Origin: Lingula anatina
Taxonomy: Eukaryota; Animalia; Brachiopoda
Length of the DNA stretch: 64,000 nucleotides
NCBI GenBank assembly: GCA_051362555.1
Contig: CM120640.1
Coordinates: 65,822,788-65,886,787 of the forward strand
Direction: 5' to 3'
Shown here: piece after piece, positions 1 through 12,990 of the stretch
Layout: every line of letters starts with the position of its first letter
Position numbering within the stretch: position 1 is the stretch's first letter
Translations under genes and position numbers: made by a program
Notes under the pieces: generated by a model
The model's database searches: none
Seen by the model: the letters and a program-made list of their open reading frames with translations, nothing else
What the model was told of the DNA's origin: nothing

Positions 1-229
1 CCAATCACCATAACTTTTGAGGCACCCCTTCTCTAAAACAGAATGTTCTAAAATAAGGTCATTCTCAGTATTAAAACGTGTGGATCGTGTTAAAACAGAT
101 AAGATCAGATAAATATAATGGTCCTTGCGTATGGATATCCTTAAAAATAATACAAAGTACTTAATAATCAATCCTCTGGTCTTGATTTAAAAGTTTTTTT
201 CTGTCATCCAAATTTATTTCTGGAAAAGT

Positions 230-603
230 TGGGTGCCAGCTCATACCAGTTTTTGTTTAACTGACAGCCTCCAACTGATCACTAATCACTGTATCCAGCA
301 TATGATCATGTGGGTGACCGGTGTGATAAAACAAATGGTTTTTAGGCTCTTATGTGAAGAGAAAACTCTTCTGCAGTCCCATTTACATCTGTACTCTTTC
401 TCTGGCGGAAGGCTTTCATTTTGTCTCTCTGCTGTATGTTCTGCAGTGTGCTCTTTTAATTCTTCAAGGGTGGCAAAATGCATTTTTCCATCACAATTTT
501 TCCAATGGCAAATGGGATTTGATTCATCAATACTTTCAGATCTGGCCTTTGTTCTGTTTAAAATAGGTCTAAGATCGTTGTTCTTTCTCTTGTTTTTCAT
601 CAT
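230..603 (-). pseudogene. Degenerate C2H2 zinc-finger + P-element-like transposase N-terminal fragment
   Basis: Minus-strand CHWKNC...F..LEELKEHTAEH and YRCKWDCRRVF...(frameshift)HLFYHTG fingers, followed after a stop by KTGMSWHP, which resembles the GxRW(H)P motif near the start of P-type transposase cores. Frameshift and stop present; interrupted upstream by the MITE at 617. Confidence 0.55.
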
Positions 604-616
604 TTTCTTTCAGTAA

Positions 617-1618
617 GGCCACACTTTTTTATTTTTATGGATGACATCCTCTGGGTACCCTAAAATCGGTGCGAGAGGGCGAAAAAAAAAAAAAAAACAG
701 TCCAAAAAAAAAAAAAACTGCTTAAGTAAAGGAATGCTGTCAGTACACAGCTGGAAACACAAATTTTACCACAGAAACACGTATCAAACTAACAATATGT
801 CTTTATCTATGCTCTCAAAATATTAAAGCATTGTGAATACTTCGTAGAAATGTAAAAAAAAAGTCATGAATAGCTATACTTCATATTACCAAATCTATTT
901 AAGGTTATTTCATGCATTTAGTTGGTATAGCAATCAATAAAACAAATATCAATCAAACAGTGTGTCTTTATTTGTATTCTCAGAATATTAAAGCATTTTG
1001 AACACTTCACAGAAATGTTTAAAAAACGATGCAAAGATATGCTTAATACTACCAAATCTATTAAAGGTCATTTCGGACGATGACATTTTGTCTACTTCAA
1101 CTCACACGAAGCAGCCAAACTGTCAGGTGGCCTGTCCGACCTTCAGCCCACCGAATACCTCGACGCCCTTGTCGACCCTTTTTTCGCTAGAGAAAACCTG
1201 GTATTAATGTGCTGCTTTGTACAGAATGTCACAGAAATTTTTGGGGCGATAATTGCTGGCCGCCGCCAGCCTTTCGCACAATTGTAAAAAAAGTGATATC
1301 TCCATGCCCAATATCAATGGCATACCAATCCAAAAGGACGGCGCCCGATCTCTTTATGACTTTTATTGTTGTGTAATTTGAAAGTACTAGTAATCCTAGA
1401 CATGAATTTGACGGCAAAGCGGCTGCATTTCCACGTGGCGATAACACGCATGCGCAGAAAGCTCATTTCCTGGCAAATTCAATAACGACGTTTGTGACAA
1501 CCGACTTCGTTGGGGGCTGGGGGGGGGGATTTTTTTTTTTTTTTTTTTTTTTTTTGGAGAACGGGCGAAAATCGGCACGCGCGCAGGATGTCATCCATAA
1601 AAATAAAAAAGTGTGGCC
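617..1618. mobile_element. PIF/Harbinger-type non-autonomous element (MITE), about 1.0 kb
   Basis: 34-bp perfect TIR GGCCACACTTTTTTATTTTTATGGATGACATCCT at 617 and its reverse complement ending at 1618. TAA on both sides (614-616, 1619-1621) fits the 3-bp TWA TSD of Harbinger. Internal diverged direct repeat (about 820-910 vs 985-1072). Confidence 0.85.
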
Positions 1619-2386
1619 TAATTTTGAATATTTCAGCATTTTATCAGAGTAGATCTTTGAGATTTTTTCAAGGCCTCGACCAATTTCTCTCTTTCACAAG
1701 GCACACTTCTAATTGGGATAACCAGTACAATAACAACCGACTCACAAAAGAATGGATACAAATCTTTGTACTCATCTGTTGTTAACACATGCTGAGAAAA
1801 ACTTGCTTAATTCATATGCCTGCAGTGAACATGCACAAGTTGGATTTGTCTTCCCAGCACTTTGACATAAGGTACATATCATACCTATGTACAAAGCAAA
1901 ATTTCATGTAAAAAGATTTTAGTTTTCAGTAGTAAATGAATATACTGCATGTCCATTTGTCAATAGCCTAGCCTTAAGGAAAATTCACTATTATTACCTG
2001 ATAAATATTTTGTTTGTCTAGTCAAACTGTCACTTCATCAGGGGAAATGAGGTCTTCTATAAATTTTATCTAAGCTAATTACAAAAAAAAAAACATTTTA
2101 TCTTTCTAACTTCCAATAGCAAGAACTTGCAATAACTTTTCAACTTTAAACATTACTTCATTTGATACAAAATAAGAAGTGTTAGTAAACATAGGCAAAA
2201 TCATTACAGATATTTTCTCTAAGTACATTCAAATATTTTTAAAAGTGTCCCCTGAATGTATATATCCTTTTTTTAAAAAATAAAAACAGAGCTTGTGTAT
2301 GCACAACAAGATGCACTCATTAGCTGTGCACTCAATGCATTGGTTGAGACAAACCACAGCTTTAATGTAGCCAATTACAAAGATAA

Positions 2387-2659
2387 CCATTTGACTGTAA
2401 GCTATGCAATAAAAGCTATTCTAGTCAACATCATTTGAAGACACACATGGCCACTCACAGTGATAAAACATTTGACTGCAGCAAGTGCATATTCAAAACT
2501 CATTATAAGCAGTCGTACACACGTCATCTTAAAATTCATGAAAGAGTTCCAAATCTACTGTGTCAGCTCTGTGACTTGGGATTTCAGCGCAAAGATCTTC
2601 AGAAACATGAGAAAAAGTGTTTAGGTATAAAAGTAGAAATTAATTGGGACCTTCAATAA
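2387..2659 (+). pseudogene. C2H2 zinc-finger array remnant (3 fingers)
   Basis: PFDCKLCNKSYSSQHHLKTHMATH-SDKTFDCSKCIFKTHYKQSYTRHLKIH-...CQLCDLGF; in-frame stop immediately upstream; no intact gene context. Confidence 0.65.
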
Positions 2660-3849
2660 CACATTTTTGTAGATGTAGATGTTCTGATGGGTTGAAGAAG
2701 GAATCACTACCCAAAATTTCAGGAACTTACTGTGCAATAAAAAAATTTAAAGCAAATATATCGCATGAGCTTAGGTGATATGCATGGCTGTGATCTATTT
2801 TTTTATCTGCTTACTGTATGTCATCACAGGGTGAACATTTTTAAGTACAGTATTTATATGTGTAACATTGTATTTTTCTAGGTAGAACTCACATTCTAGA
2901 AATATTTTCATATCCCTTTCTTTTTAATGAAAGATGCTCCAGATTTTTACATTTGTTGACATGTAAAGGCATACATCTTTGATGAGAATCATAGATACTG
3001 TCTTTTTATTTCCCTATGTATGAGGTGCTTTTATACATGAACAGTGATCCAGTTTGTGTTGGTGCTCTTATTTGCCTCCATTGAGTATGTGATATTTAGT
3101 CTATTTCTAAAGGATATTGTTGTTTGTTCTCTGATGGTCAGTTTTGTTACATAGAACGTTGCAATATTGATTGTTCACGGTCATTTATTCAATGTCATTA
3201 CGCAAAATTCTTTTATAATTTTTCATCATTCTGTAGATTATTTTATTTAGTTTGAGCAGTTTACATGATGCCGGCTACCCTGGTCCGTCTTAGCACATCA
3301 CCCGCCGCTGATGCGGTTATACTACCTACACGGACCATATGCTGAGATGCTGATGAGGACTGTTTCTTTGATACCTCCTCCACATATCTGGCCTTACTGT
3401 TGGTGAGCAAGCTTGCTCGCATGCCTCCTTCAAGGCATGGCCATTCAAGTGTTCATTTCCAACAGTGTAAAAGTCTCTTAGCAACTGAGGCAGTTTCTTT
3501 GGTACTGATGTAGTGCCCAGTCCAACTAAGTTTGCATTATGCTGACTAAACCGAGTCCTACATATGGGGATTCCAAAGATGCCAGGGACTAGAGAAATGC
3601 TGCCTCTGCCTGGGGGATTGCCTGTGGTATCCTTTTCTGCTTTTCCTCAGCTTGTCCTTACTTTTGTTGGAATAAAACTGTATGTCTGAAATCTTGGCAA
3701 TTTCCACAGAATCTACATGAAAATCATGAAATTCAGCCAAAATTCATAGTCAGTCAGGAGATAAAATGTAATTAAAAAAATTATCTTAATTAACAATAGA
3801 AATTCCTCACAATCTCCTTTCTCCCCTCTATATGCTTTTTCTTTTTCTT

Positions 3850-4050
3850 GACCCTAGAGTACAAGATGGCAATCATCTGCTGGATGCAGTCTGAAGAACC
3901 TCCTCCGCTTAGGCTTTTAAGTATTCCAATCTAGCACCCCTCTTAATGGTGGCTATCACTTGTACACCCTCTACTCACACAGATAACCTCTCTTCCTCCC
4001 CAGCCAGTAAAGAGTCTGTGAAAACAAAGGCCCTCTTGGGATAATGAATC
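3850..4050 (-). mobile_element. Possible LINE (CR1/L2-like) ORF1 SGNH-esterase remnant
   Basis: Minus-strand KRAFVFTDSLL...VIATIKRGARLEYL resembles GDS and PGA blocks of LINE ORF1 esterase domains; several stops. Confidence 0.35.
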
Positions 4051-5959
4051 TTGACTTCTCTGTCGTCTGGCTCCCAAGTGTCAACAGTTATAAACTCCTC
4101 ATCTGAACCTTCCGACTTGCTTCTAAGAGACCTTCAGATACTCTATTTTTCCCTGGGCATTGACTCATCATATGTGCATAGGGATAAAATTTAAACTATC
4201 TACATACAACTTTATAGGATTTTTTTTTTACATACAGGTACATTTTTGAGACGGTCCCTTACTACAGACTTTACCTTCACCACCTGTATTTCAACACAAA
4301 ATTTCTCAAAATAACAAAATACAAACTGTGATTTAACACAACTATGTACAGTTTTAATGAAGTGATTCTATCATTTGCAGCGTGTGGCCAATAACCAACA
4401 CGAGGTACAAAGTCAAATATACTATCTGTACTTTTGACACGGTCCCTAAGCTTTGCAGACTAAAAGCAGGTTACAATTGATAGAACTTCGATTAAAACTT
4501 GTCAGCAAATACTATGTTTCTCTTAAAAAACTAATAACAAGAACTCTCAGAGCCCTCACCAGAGTCTGTTTGGCAATTAGGTGATAAGTAACACATTATA
4601 ACATAATGCGCGCCGCTTTTTAAATATCGTATACAGATTCAGTATCGTTTGCAACTTGCCAGGCATTGGGTTCGTGAATTCTCCAGTCTTTGTGCCCCGC
4701 TTTTGGGCGCCAGTTTTGTAGCGGTACAATTTATCGTCCAACACGATAACAAACAACATGAGGTGACGAGGAAGAAAATGGTTTCATGTACACCACAACA
4801 GACTGAGGCACCAAGGAATCCTAACCCACTTCAAGCAGATTCAGACTATGTTACGGAGGAAGATGAATAAAAAATACATGTACCTAGACCCAACATTTTT
4901 CAAGAGCAACTTTGTCTTGCCCCTGTACTTCCAGCAGAAGGTTACATAGTACATACCAATAGAAACTCGTTTGCAGCGCTACTGCAAGGTATGAGGGAGA
5001 GGAGCATGTCTCAGTGGAAGAAAAGGCAGAAGAAGCCACTGTAGAAGATGGAAGGGACCAGGGAGCTTCACAGGACTCATACTACTGGTTCTGTAAAAGA
5101 AGTGAAATGAAATTTTACTTTTTCATCCCATATACATGTACACATCATACGATCGGGGCTCACTTAAAAACAATTTGCAATATGTTGATTACCTTCTTTA
5201 GCAGGACTGTCTTATTTCTCAGCTTTCTCATACTTATTTTCTGCCTGAGATAACACTGCTTGTTCCTGAAGCATGAAAAGTCGGTGGCATCGTGTTCTCC
5301 ATGTCGTCGAATCCTTAGTCTAAATCTGCACAAATCGATTGAGCAGCAGCAGCCTCTCTGCCGCTAAATTTGAGCCATTGTTTAGCTGCTATTCAAAAAA
5401 TTTCCCACCGAACATGTGTGATATTCTATCTACAGTCTCTGAGGAACCTTCTACTACGTGCATACAACATGAACGATGTGAAGTAGGCAAAGATTCCATG
5501 TTTTCCTCCTCAGAATCTCCGTCAAGAGTCGTCCATGCTGCTTTGTTTACATTGCAAGACTGGTGGGAAGGTCAAGTGACCCCTTTTCCTTTGTTTTGAT
5601 TGGTTAAAAGGGTCGAATGGCAGGGCACTTCATTTTGATGTTTCGACAAATCGCGATTATCTATTAGTTGGCACATCTTTCGTGGGTAAAAATATCTTTT
5701 TGGAATTGTTTAACTGATTATCTTCATGCACAGTGAAAATTGTCTGGCCCTATGATTCTTTTAAGGAAATGAAACAATAGACCACCATAGGTGAGGGCCT
5801 AGTATCTCTCTGGCCGAAATGCAGTTTGGGCACTGGTCATCGAGGTGCATAAAACTATAGTTTATCACAGTATTACAGAAACAAATTGCTGCGGTCTTCC
5901 ACTTAGAAAATATTAGAGATATAATACTTAATGACTCATATGAATACTGTAAAACTCGC

Positions 5960-7560
5960 CTAATATGTTTTTTTACTGCATAACACAATGCCCAAATGTG
6001 AAAATTTTCTTTTTCATCCTTGCAGTCTCCATTTGGGTGGTGTCTCTATTTGGTCTCCAGCTGCACATTGTCCCACACCAGGGCATAAGCCTTTAACTGA
6101 TAAAATCCATTAATATAAAATATTGACATCTATCAGATAATTTTTTTAAAAAATGCATATATTAATCCACAAACACGTGCATCCACTTTAAGACCAAATC
6201 AAGTGCACTAGTGTAAGTGCTAAATTAAATAATTAAAAAGGTATTGAATGATTATTAGGGGTAATGAATTGTAACTGACCCAATGGATATTGCTTATATT
6301 TAGACATTTTTAATATCATAAAAACAAAAAATATTCTCTTCATACAACACAAAGCAATTAAATTATATTAAAGTAAGCTAACCCCAAAGTCACTGTCATC
6401 TGAAATGTGTGGATTCTTCATCTGAGAAGAGTGGTTGCCATTTTTCTGCTACGTATTTCTCAAATATTTTAGAAACAATAAAAAGCAACTAAGACTTAGT
6501 TTTAAGTAGCATATGTAAAATGACGTAGTGCATGTTGGTGTTTAATTTTGCATAAAATCATTTAGAAATATTTATATATATATAAGTAAAGATGAATAAT
6601 GAATAATTTTTTTACTTTCTTAACAAATGTAATAAACATTTACATCTTCCTGCCACTGTCGCATTTTGCATTTTTGTGCAAATAATAAGCTGTCACATAA
6701 CCTGAGAACACTTGAGTGACTTGAGCTTATTCCCAGGTTGTTGAAATACCTGAAAAGCTACAAACAAACATGCAAATACGTGTAAATTATTGTTAATCAT
6801 AAATATTATTTATCAGTTAATTTCTAAGATTAATGCATTAATAAATATTAAGAATTTTGCAAAACAAATCAATATTTAATCAGTGTAGAAATGTCCATAG
6901 ATATCTATGTGTGCGCGCCATTTAATAATATTTAATTTGAAAAATAAGCAGTTTTATATATATAAAAACAAAGACAAATAATTAAAATTTTTGTTGGAGG
7001 GCATTTTATATTGGTGAATATTAAATTGCAATTACCCTTTGCAAGCACCCTGATCTCCACATTTCTATGCTCATAAAAGTTTGTAAAAATTTATGGCGAC
7101 TTGGATGTCTGCTATGATTTACAATGGCAGAGGCCATTCCAACTTCACATTTCTGCTTCTGTGTCATCGCTCTGTTAGAAATGTAAATAAAAGTACTTAA
7201 ATAATAATAATAAAAATAAAGGAAAATTTTAACAGATAGATAGCTAGATAGAAAATACACTTATTTTAAGGATTATTACGTACTTGCTTGTTTGTTTCTG
7301 CTGTCGCAAGTCTCCAAAAATGTGAATGTAAGTGGCATTTCCTTGTTTATTATTGATAGGTATTTAAACCACTCATATTTGTTTGCACTTTGTCCATTTG
7401 TATGGTTTCTTTCCTGACAATTTTCTTAAATAATTTTTTAAAAATCTGCTAGTGTGCAAGCTCCTTTTGCTCATGAATGAATATTGAGCATAGAATGCCA
7501 TACGTTTTCATAATGGGTTTCGTAGTCGCTGTGCCCTCTTTCACAGACATATCATTCAAT
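5960..7560 (-). pseudogene. Degenerate spliced DUF6589-like, transposon-associated gene
   Basis: Ordered minus-strand pieces: YEWFKYLSIINKEMPLTFTFLE (about 7310-7380); VGMASAIVNHSRH...FLQTFMSIEMWRSGC (about 7045-7150); FNNLGISSSHSSVLRLCD (about 6690-6750); ALVWDNVQLETK*RHH...WALCYAV (about 5975-6090). Order and motifs match my recollection of DUF6589-type proteins. Stops and frameshifts present. Confidence 0.5.
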
Positions 7561-8334
7561 GGTGTGTAATTTTTGATAAACGATTAAATGTATGTACATG
7601 TATGTTGTTGTTCACAGGTATGACTGTGTGGGAGATAATTTCCCAATTTAAACCATCCTGGCTTAGAGGGCCACTCCAAACAAATTTTTCATTTTGATCC
7701 TTTGGGATGTTCCTCTTCTTTCCTCCAAAAGGAGATTGTGTCTCGGTCTCTCAGATGTTGCACCTACCAATTTACAAATAATTGCTCAAGAATTGTCCCA
7801 AGAATTTCTTTTTACCTTATTGCCCATTATCACATTGTGCACTACTTCTACATTGATCTCTAATAAAGGATTCTTCTATTTGTGACACAATATTGTCTCT
7901 GTTACTTGTTCTTTTCATAGTATGTATATCCTTCTGTGGCAAAATCTAAAAGTTTCTCAATATTGCCTGTCAAAGCACCCCATAATATTTTTGGACTCTG
8001 ACTTGGGGTCATATACAGTGTACCTGCTTTAAGATGTGCAGGGTGCCTCTTTCCCTGCGACTTCCAAACTTTAAAATATTGTCATATGTACCCTAAAATA
8101 TAATTTAAAACATTTGAAATTCATATAAAGTATTGTAACATATTTCACACTTTAAACTATTCCTAATACACAGTGCTAAAATTATGCAATCTACCAATAC
8201 TCCTACTGCATTTTCAGTCAGAAATTGTAAATAGCTTGGAGATTTGACTAGACACCTGATAATATTAAAACGAAAAACTGACATTGGCATTTCTTCTCCG
8301 ACTTTCTCATGTGTGTAGAGGTTTTTAGGTTTTT

Positions 8335-9330
8335 TCAGGTGAGATTACACTGCAGCAAATTGTTGTTGAATCCATACTGGTGCACTGCCATATTGCAGTT
8401 ACTACCACCACTTCTTTGTAATGAGAACCAGTTTTCCACCACATCCTGACTCGGTCTTTTAGAAATAATATTACAATACTGTTTTTGAAAGTAATTACTT
8501 CCTATATAACTTACAAGGTCTCTAAGACCAGTGACGCTTTTCATGTCTTCCATGGTCTGGTATGTAATAAAATGATTTTTCATTTCAACTCTGTGGTATG
8601 ATGTTTCAGCATCATTGCTTCAAGGGCAAAGTCGTTTCTGGTGCATTTTCCCCACAATTTGGCACTATTAACTCTGCCATTTGCCAAGATGTCTGACAGA
8701 ATGTATTCTCAAAACTAATATTACCTTCTGCATCTTCTAAGAAAAACTAATGTTCATTTATCTTAAAAGGATCTGTGCATTGTTATGTTCTCTGTCTGTA
8801 TCATTTAAGTATATTGTGCAATGGCTGACCTTTCACACAAATATTCAATATTGATAAAGTTTATTTTTGAAAGTAATGCCTCTGTCTGTTTTGGCATCTC
8901 TTAGGATCTAATAATATTGGTTAAACTGATCTTTGTCGTAATTTAATGCAAACAGGCAAAAAAGATTCTCAATTTTGACTTATTAAAGCTGAGTAAAAGT
9001 ACAACAAACAATTGTATTAGTTGTGAATGCTATTTGTGGACCAATTATCTAGTTTGTTTACATTTTTTACATGACAATTAAAAAGCAGTGTAAATAACTG
9101 CAATAATAACCTACATGGCTTTTTTAACAATACTGGTAAAATCTACTGATTATGGTGGTCAAAATACAAGTAAAGTTGCAGTTTTCCCCACCTGTATAAT
9201 CCCACCTGTTGTGTTCCAGCGTTCTGATGGCACTCATTTTGTTTCTGAATGTATGTGCATCTATGGCAGGACAATAGAAGTCGGAAAAGATGAAAAAAGT
9301 GCCATAAGACAAATATAAACACATTCCATT
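8335..9330 (-). mobile_element. P-element/THAP9-like transposase C-terminal remnant
   Basis: FITYQTMEDMK...LVSYI...ISKRPSQDVVENWFSLQRSGGSNCN matches the P-superfamily RxxQDxxENxFxxxRxxGGxNxN catalytic-E motif; upstream part (8600-9330) is heavily decayed. Confidence 0.7.
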
Positions 9331-10194
9331 AGTGTAAAAATTCGCAGAGATTTATAATATAATCTGGTGTCGAACCTCGTGCTCTGTAACTTGTAAGGTA
9401 ACGCAGTTTGTATTCAAGTCATGTTTGGTGGTGGCCATCTTTTTAAAAAACATACGCAATAGTAATAACTCAAAATCACTCGATTGCTTCATAGAATGCT
9501 GACATATTTTTCTATTGAAGTAAACTTCTTACCTTCTCAAACGATAGCCTTTGCTGCCCTGGCAGCAATTTCATTCGTTTTGGTGGTATGGTGGCGGCCC
9601 AACTTGGTTGATGTCGTAAATTTTCTAGGACAAAATATAGTGTCGACTCCTTATCAAAATCAAGAGAATAGTGTTGTCTGTTTAATACAGGTATAGGACA
9701 AATTCAACAGCCCCCAAACTACAAGTTTTTATGTGCCACTGGGCCTGCACCAAGGAATTCATTTGCATCACTTCTGACAAGTATGTGTCAATGGCACAGG
9801 GTGCAGTCCTAGATTGATGTCTGATCATTATCAATTTTCTAGTCCCAAACCACTAAGCATGGGCCAAATAACTTAATCATAATTATAAAACAGTCAGAAA
9901 CCAAAATGGTGAAGGTGTGGGATTTGGCTGTAAACTACCACTTGCTGAAAATAAAGTAGTCTATATTGATTCATTGAATACAAGAACAGTGACTCTCATT
10001 AAGTCATCTGAAATATCTGGGAAATCGGGTATAATTGACTCATCTAAGAAATGGCTGAAAAAAGAATTTAACATGGTGTTATGACAATAAGATTTAACTT
10101 TTATAAAATTTTAATTAGAATTTCAAGTCTACCAAACATCTGGCCACAGGAGCCTTCACAAAATATCAGGCCTACAGCAAACTCTCTATCAAGA

Positions 10195-10382
10195 TCACTG
10201 CAAAATTGCTGCAAATTTGTAAGAAATTCTTTCAAATTCGCTGCAAGTTTGCTGCTAATTTGCTGCAAATTAGCAGCAATGCAAATTTTTCTTGCAAACT
10301 AGCTGCCGCAAATGTTTAGTTTGCAGCAAATTTGCTGCAATTTTGCTGCAGTATTGCTGCAAATTTTTCCTTTTGCTAAGGG
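10195..10382. mobile_element. DNA-transposon terminus with subterminal TTGCTGCAAA repeats
   Basis: About ten direct and inverted copies of TTGCTGCAA ending in TTTTGCTAAGGG (terminus CCCTTAGCAAAA on the minus strand); no partner end found in the window. Confidence 0.55.
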
Positions 10383-10399
10383 TGAGGCTGCTACTGTTC

Positions 10400-10545
10400 A
10401 GCAGATGTATTATCTTTGAAGATTTGGAGGTTGTCTAAAAGGAGGCAGTGGGTGAAAGTGGAAATATCTCCTTAAGAGTAGGGTCTGAGTCAAACGTGTT
10501 GCAAATCCTGCCCTATCTTTTTTGAGTTGGAAAAGGGTGGGAATG
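10400..10545 (-). mobile_element. Penelope-like retroelement remnant (RT to GIY-YIG linker)
   Basis: Minus-strand FDSDPTLKEIFPLSPTASF-(frameshift)-RQPPNLQ resembles the DxxLKxIFPxxPxxxxRxPxNL linker of Penelope-like elements. Confidence 0.55.
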
Positions 10546-10780
10546 AATGTGACTACCTGCTTAGTATGGTAACACAGGCTGACAGGGGTGGCAATTCAAA
10601 CAATAGGATGAATGCACTGAAGCATATTAAAATGCAGGTGAGGTTACGTGTACATAAGTAAAATAGAAGTTCAGTTGTCTTATTGTTTGAAGCGGCAACT
10701 GACATGACTTTCCTTGAAACAGTTGTCACCTTTCAAAAGTTAAATTACATAACTGTTGCAATGTGTCTTCCATCCTTAAA

Positions 10781-11897
10781 CCCAGTCAAGGGTGTGACCT
10801 TACAGTGAGCTAACTGTTAGCACGTACAATGAGCTTGTGATGGGCTCAGAATATAACCTCACAGAGACAGCACAGTGACCTCTCAGTTTGAGCTCACATT
10901 GTTAGGTCATGGTAGGGTTATGTGAGCTCACACTGTAAGGTCTCTGTGAGGTCACTCTGTAGGTCACTGTGAGGTCACACTGCAAGGTCATACTTTGAGG
11001 TCACTGTGAAGTCAAAATTTAAAAAACAAATGCGTTCATTACATTAAAAGTATTGTAATGTGTAACTGAGACAAAGTGAACCATAATGCTGCAAACGCCT
11101 TATTCAGTGGTTTGACAGTGTGACACTGAGTTTAAAAGAACACGAGAATATATGCTTCATATACATAGTTTGGCAACATGTGCCTGATTGTTTATATTTA
11201 TACATGCACATGTAGTATTCACTTGTGGATAAATCTGTTTCTTTTTGACAATAATTACAATGTTTTTCAGCCATTTTTGTCGGAGTTCTACGTTCTCTGA
11301 GTTCTTGGGTATCACTTAGTATTTTAGGTGGCTTTTGCGCTTGTTATTATTGAAGCAACCCGGCACACAGCACCTGAAACCGCCTCTTTTACAGGCAGCC
11401 ATTGCACATTGCACAATGTAAACAGTAACTACATTACCCGTGATGCAACATTCTTTAAAGATTTTCAAGATGGCGGGTATGCAAGTCCGCTATTAGATAA
11501 TGTGTTCGTTGCAGCATTAATTACCTACTCTAATAACTTAACGTACAACATTGTAATAGATACACTTCATCTCTTTATACTAACAATAGTTGAATGTAAA
11601 ATAGTCTGTGTTTGTGAAGAAAATCACAAGCAGATCCCACAAATGGTAGCTGGATTTTTTTCTCGTTTCATTTTGTTTTGGTGCACGTCCATGAAAACTG
11701 CTAATTAATGCATGCCTATGTTGACATCATGGAGAGGTCACAGTGGCATCATTTTGAGCTAAATTTAACCTCTCGTTGGCTATCTGAAGCTTGTGATTTA
11801 TCTTTGAGCTAACTTTGACATCACCAATATGATGCCATATTTGTGAGTATCTTGTGGTTTCACTGTAATATCTACATGAGCTCACATTTTGACTGGG
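10781..11897. mobile_element. Non-autonomous CCC-ended (EnSpm/CMC-like) element
   Basis: CCCAGTCAA..TGTGA at 10781 and TCACATTTTGACTGGG ending 11897; many subterminal GAGGTCAC/TGTGAGCT repeats at both ends; TSD not clearly preserved. Confidence 0.6.
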
Positions 11898-12990
11898 GAT
11901 GTTATATCACCCATCTAAAAGGTAAAGGCAAGGATTAGGTAACTTTCTTTTATAAGTACTAATTTACTTTGAAATCAAAATTATGTGAAAACTTGAGAGT
12001 GATAACTGCTCAAAATTGTATATAACTATCATTTATTTAGAAATATTTTGTTATCATTTTTTGTACTCTGCAGCATATGGCAGTGTGAGATATAAACTTT
12101 TGTTATTTTGATGATAGACATTGCACAGATATTGTAAATCACAGAGATTATTGTTTGCTGTTAAGTTGCTTAAACAAGATACTGTACCAGTATGATAGAG
12201 AAATTCAGCTGTAAAGAAATATATAACATTGGTTAAGATGATTTGGAGAAAAAAATGAAATTGTACCAGCTGTTACCATATGAGGCCAAGTGTGACAGGA
12301 TTGCATTAGAGCACTGAAAGTGAAAGTATTTTTGGAGACCAGTGCCAATACCTCTTAACATGAAAATGACAAAAGCAACATTGGAAGATTGGAGAAATGG
12401 TGAACTATTTCATTGAAACTGTTAAAGAACAGCATCAAGACCCCACAAACTCGCCTTGCCACCAAGTGTCCACAGGAAGACTGGTTAAAAGGGGGGTGAA
12501 AATAGGTGAATGTTCTATAATTATAATTTTATTATTATATAATGTTATATAAAATATATAATAAATTCCTTTTATACTGACAAAAATGTACCCAGCTTTT
12601 ATCTTCTTTTGAAAGGGCAATTAATTTACTGAATTTTTTTGTAACAGTTTATACTTTAATCAATTGCATTACTCAGTTAATATGCAAACAATTATGCATG
12701 GTGACATTATTTAAGTGCCAAATTTGATCTATTTTCTTATTATTAAAATTTAAGTAAGCAAATATGTAACAGAGTAACTTCTAAACATTTTTTTAAAATT
12801 AAAATATTAATATTTTTCAGGTTATTCAGCTGTACCTAGTCCTTTATTTCCATGGCTTTGTACAAGAGCCAATGATACATTTATTGTGGATAACTGGCAG
12901 GTAAGGAATAAAACGTTATGCCCGAGAAACAGTTAATGTTAGACTTTTCCTTACCTTCAATTGATCTTCAATTGACTTCTGTCACATGCA

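Noticed and set aside
4740-5090. LINE ORF1 fragment (NSFAAL motif)
   Set aside because: Only one short motif among stops; insufficient support.
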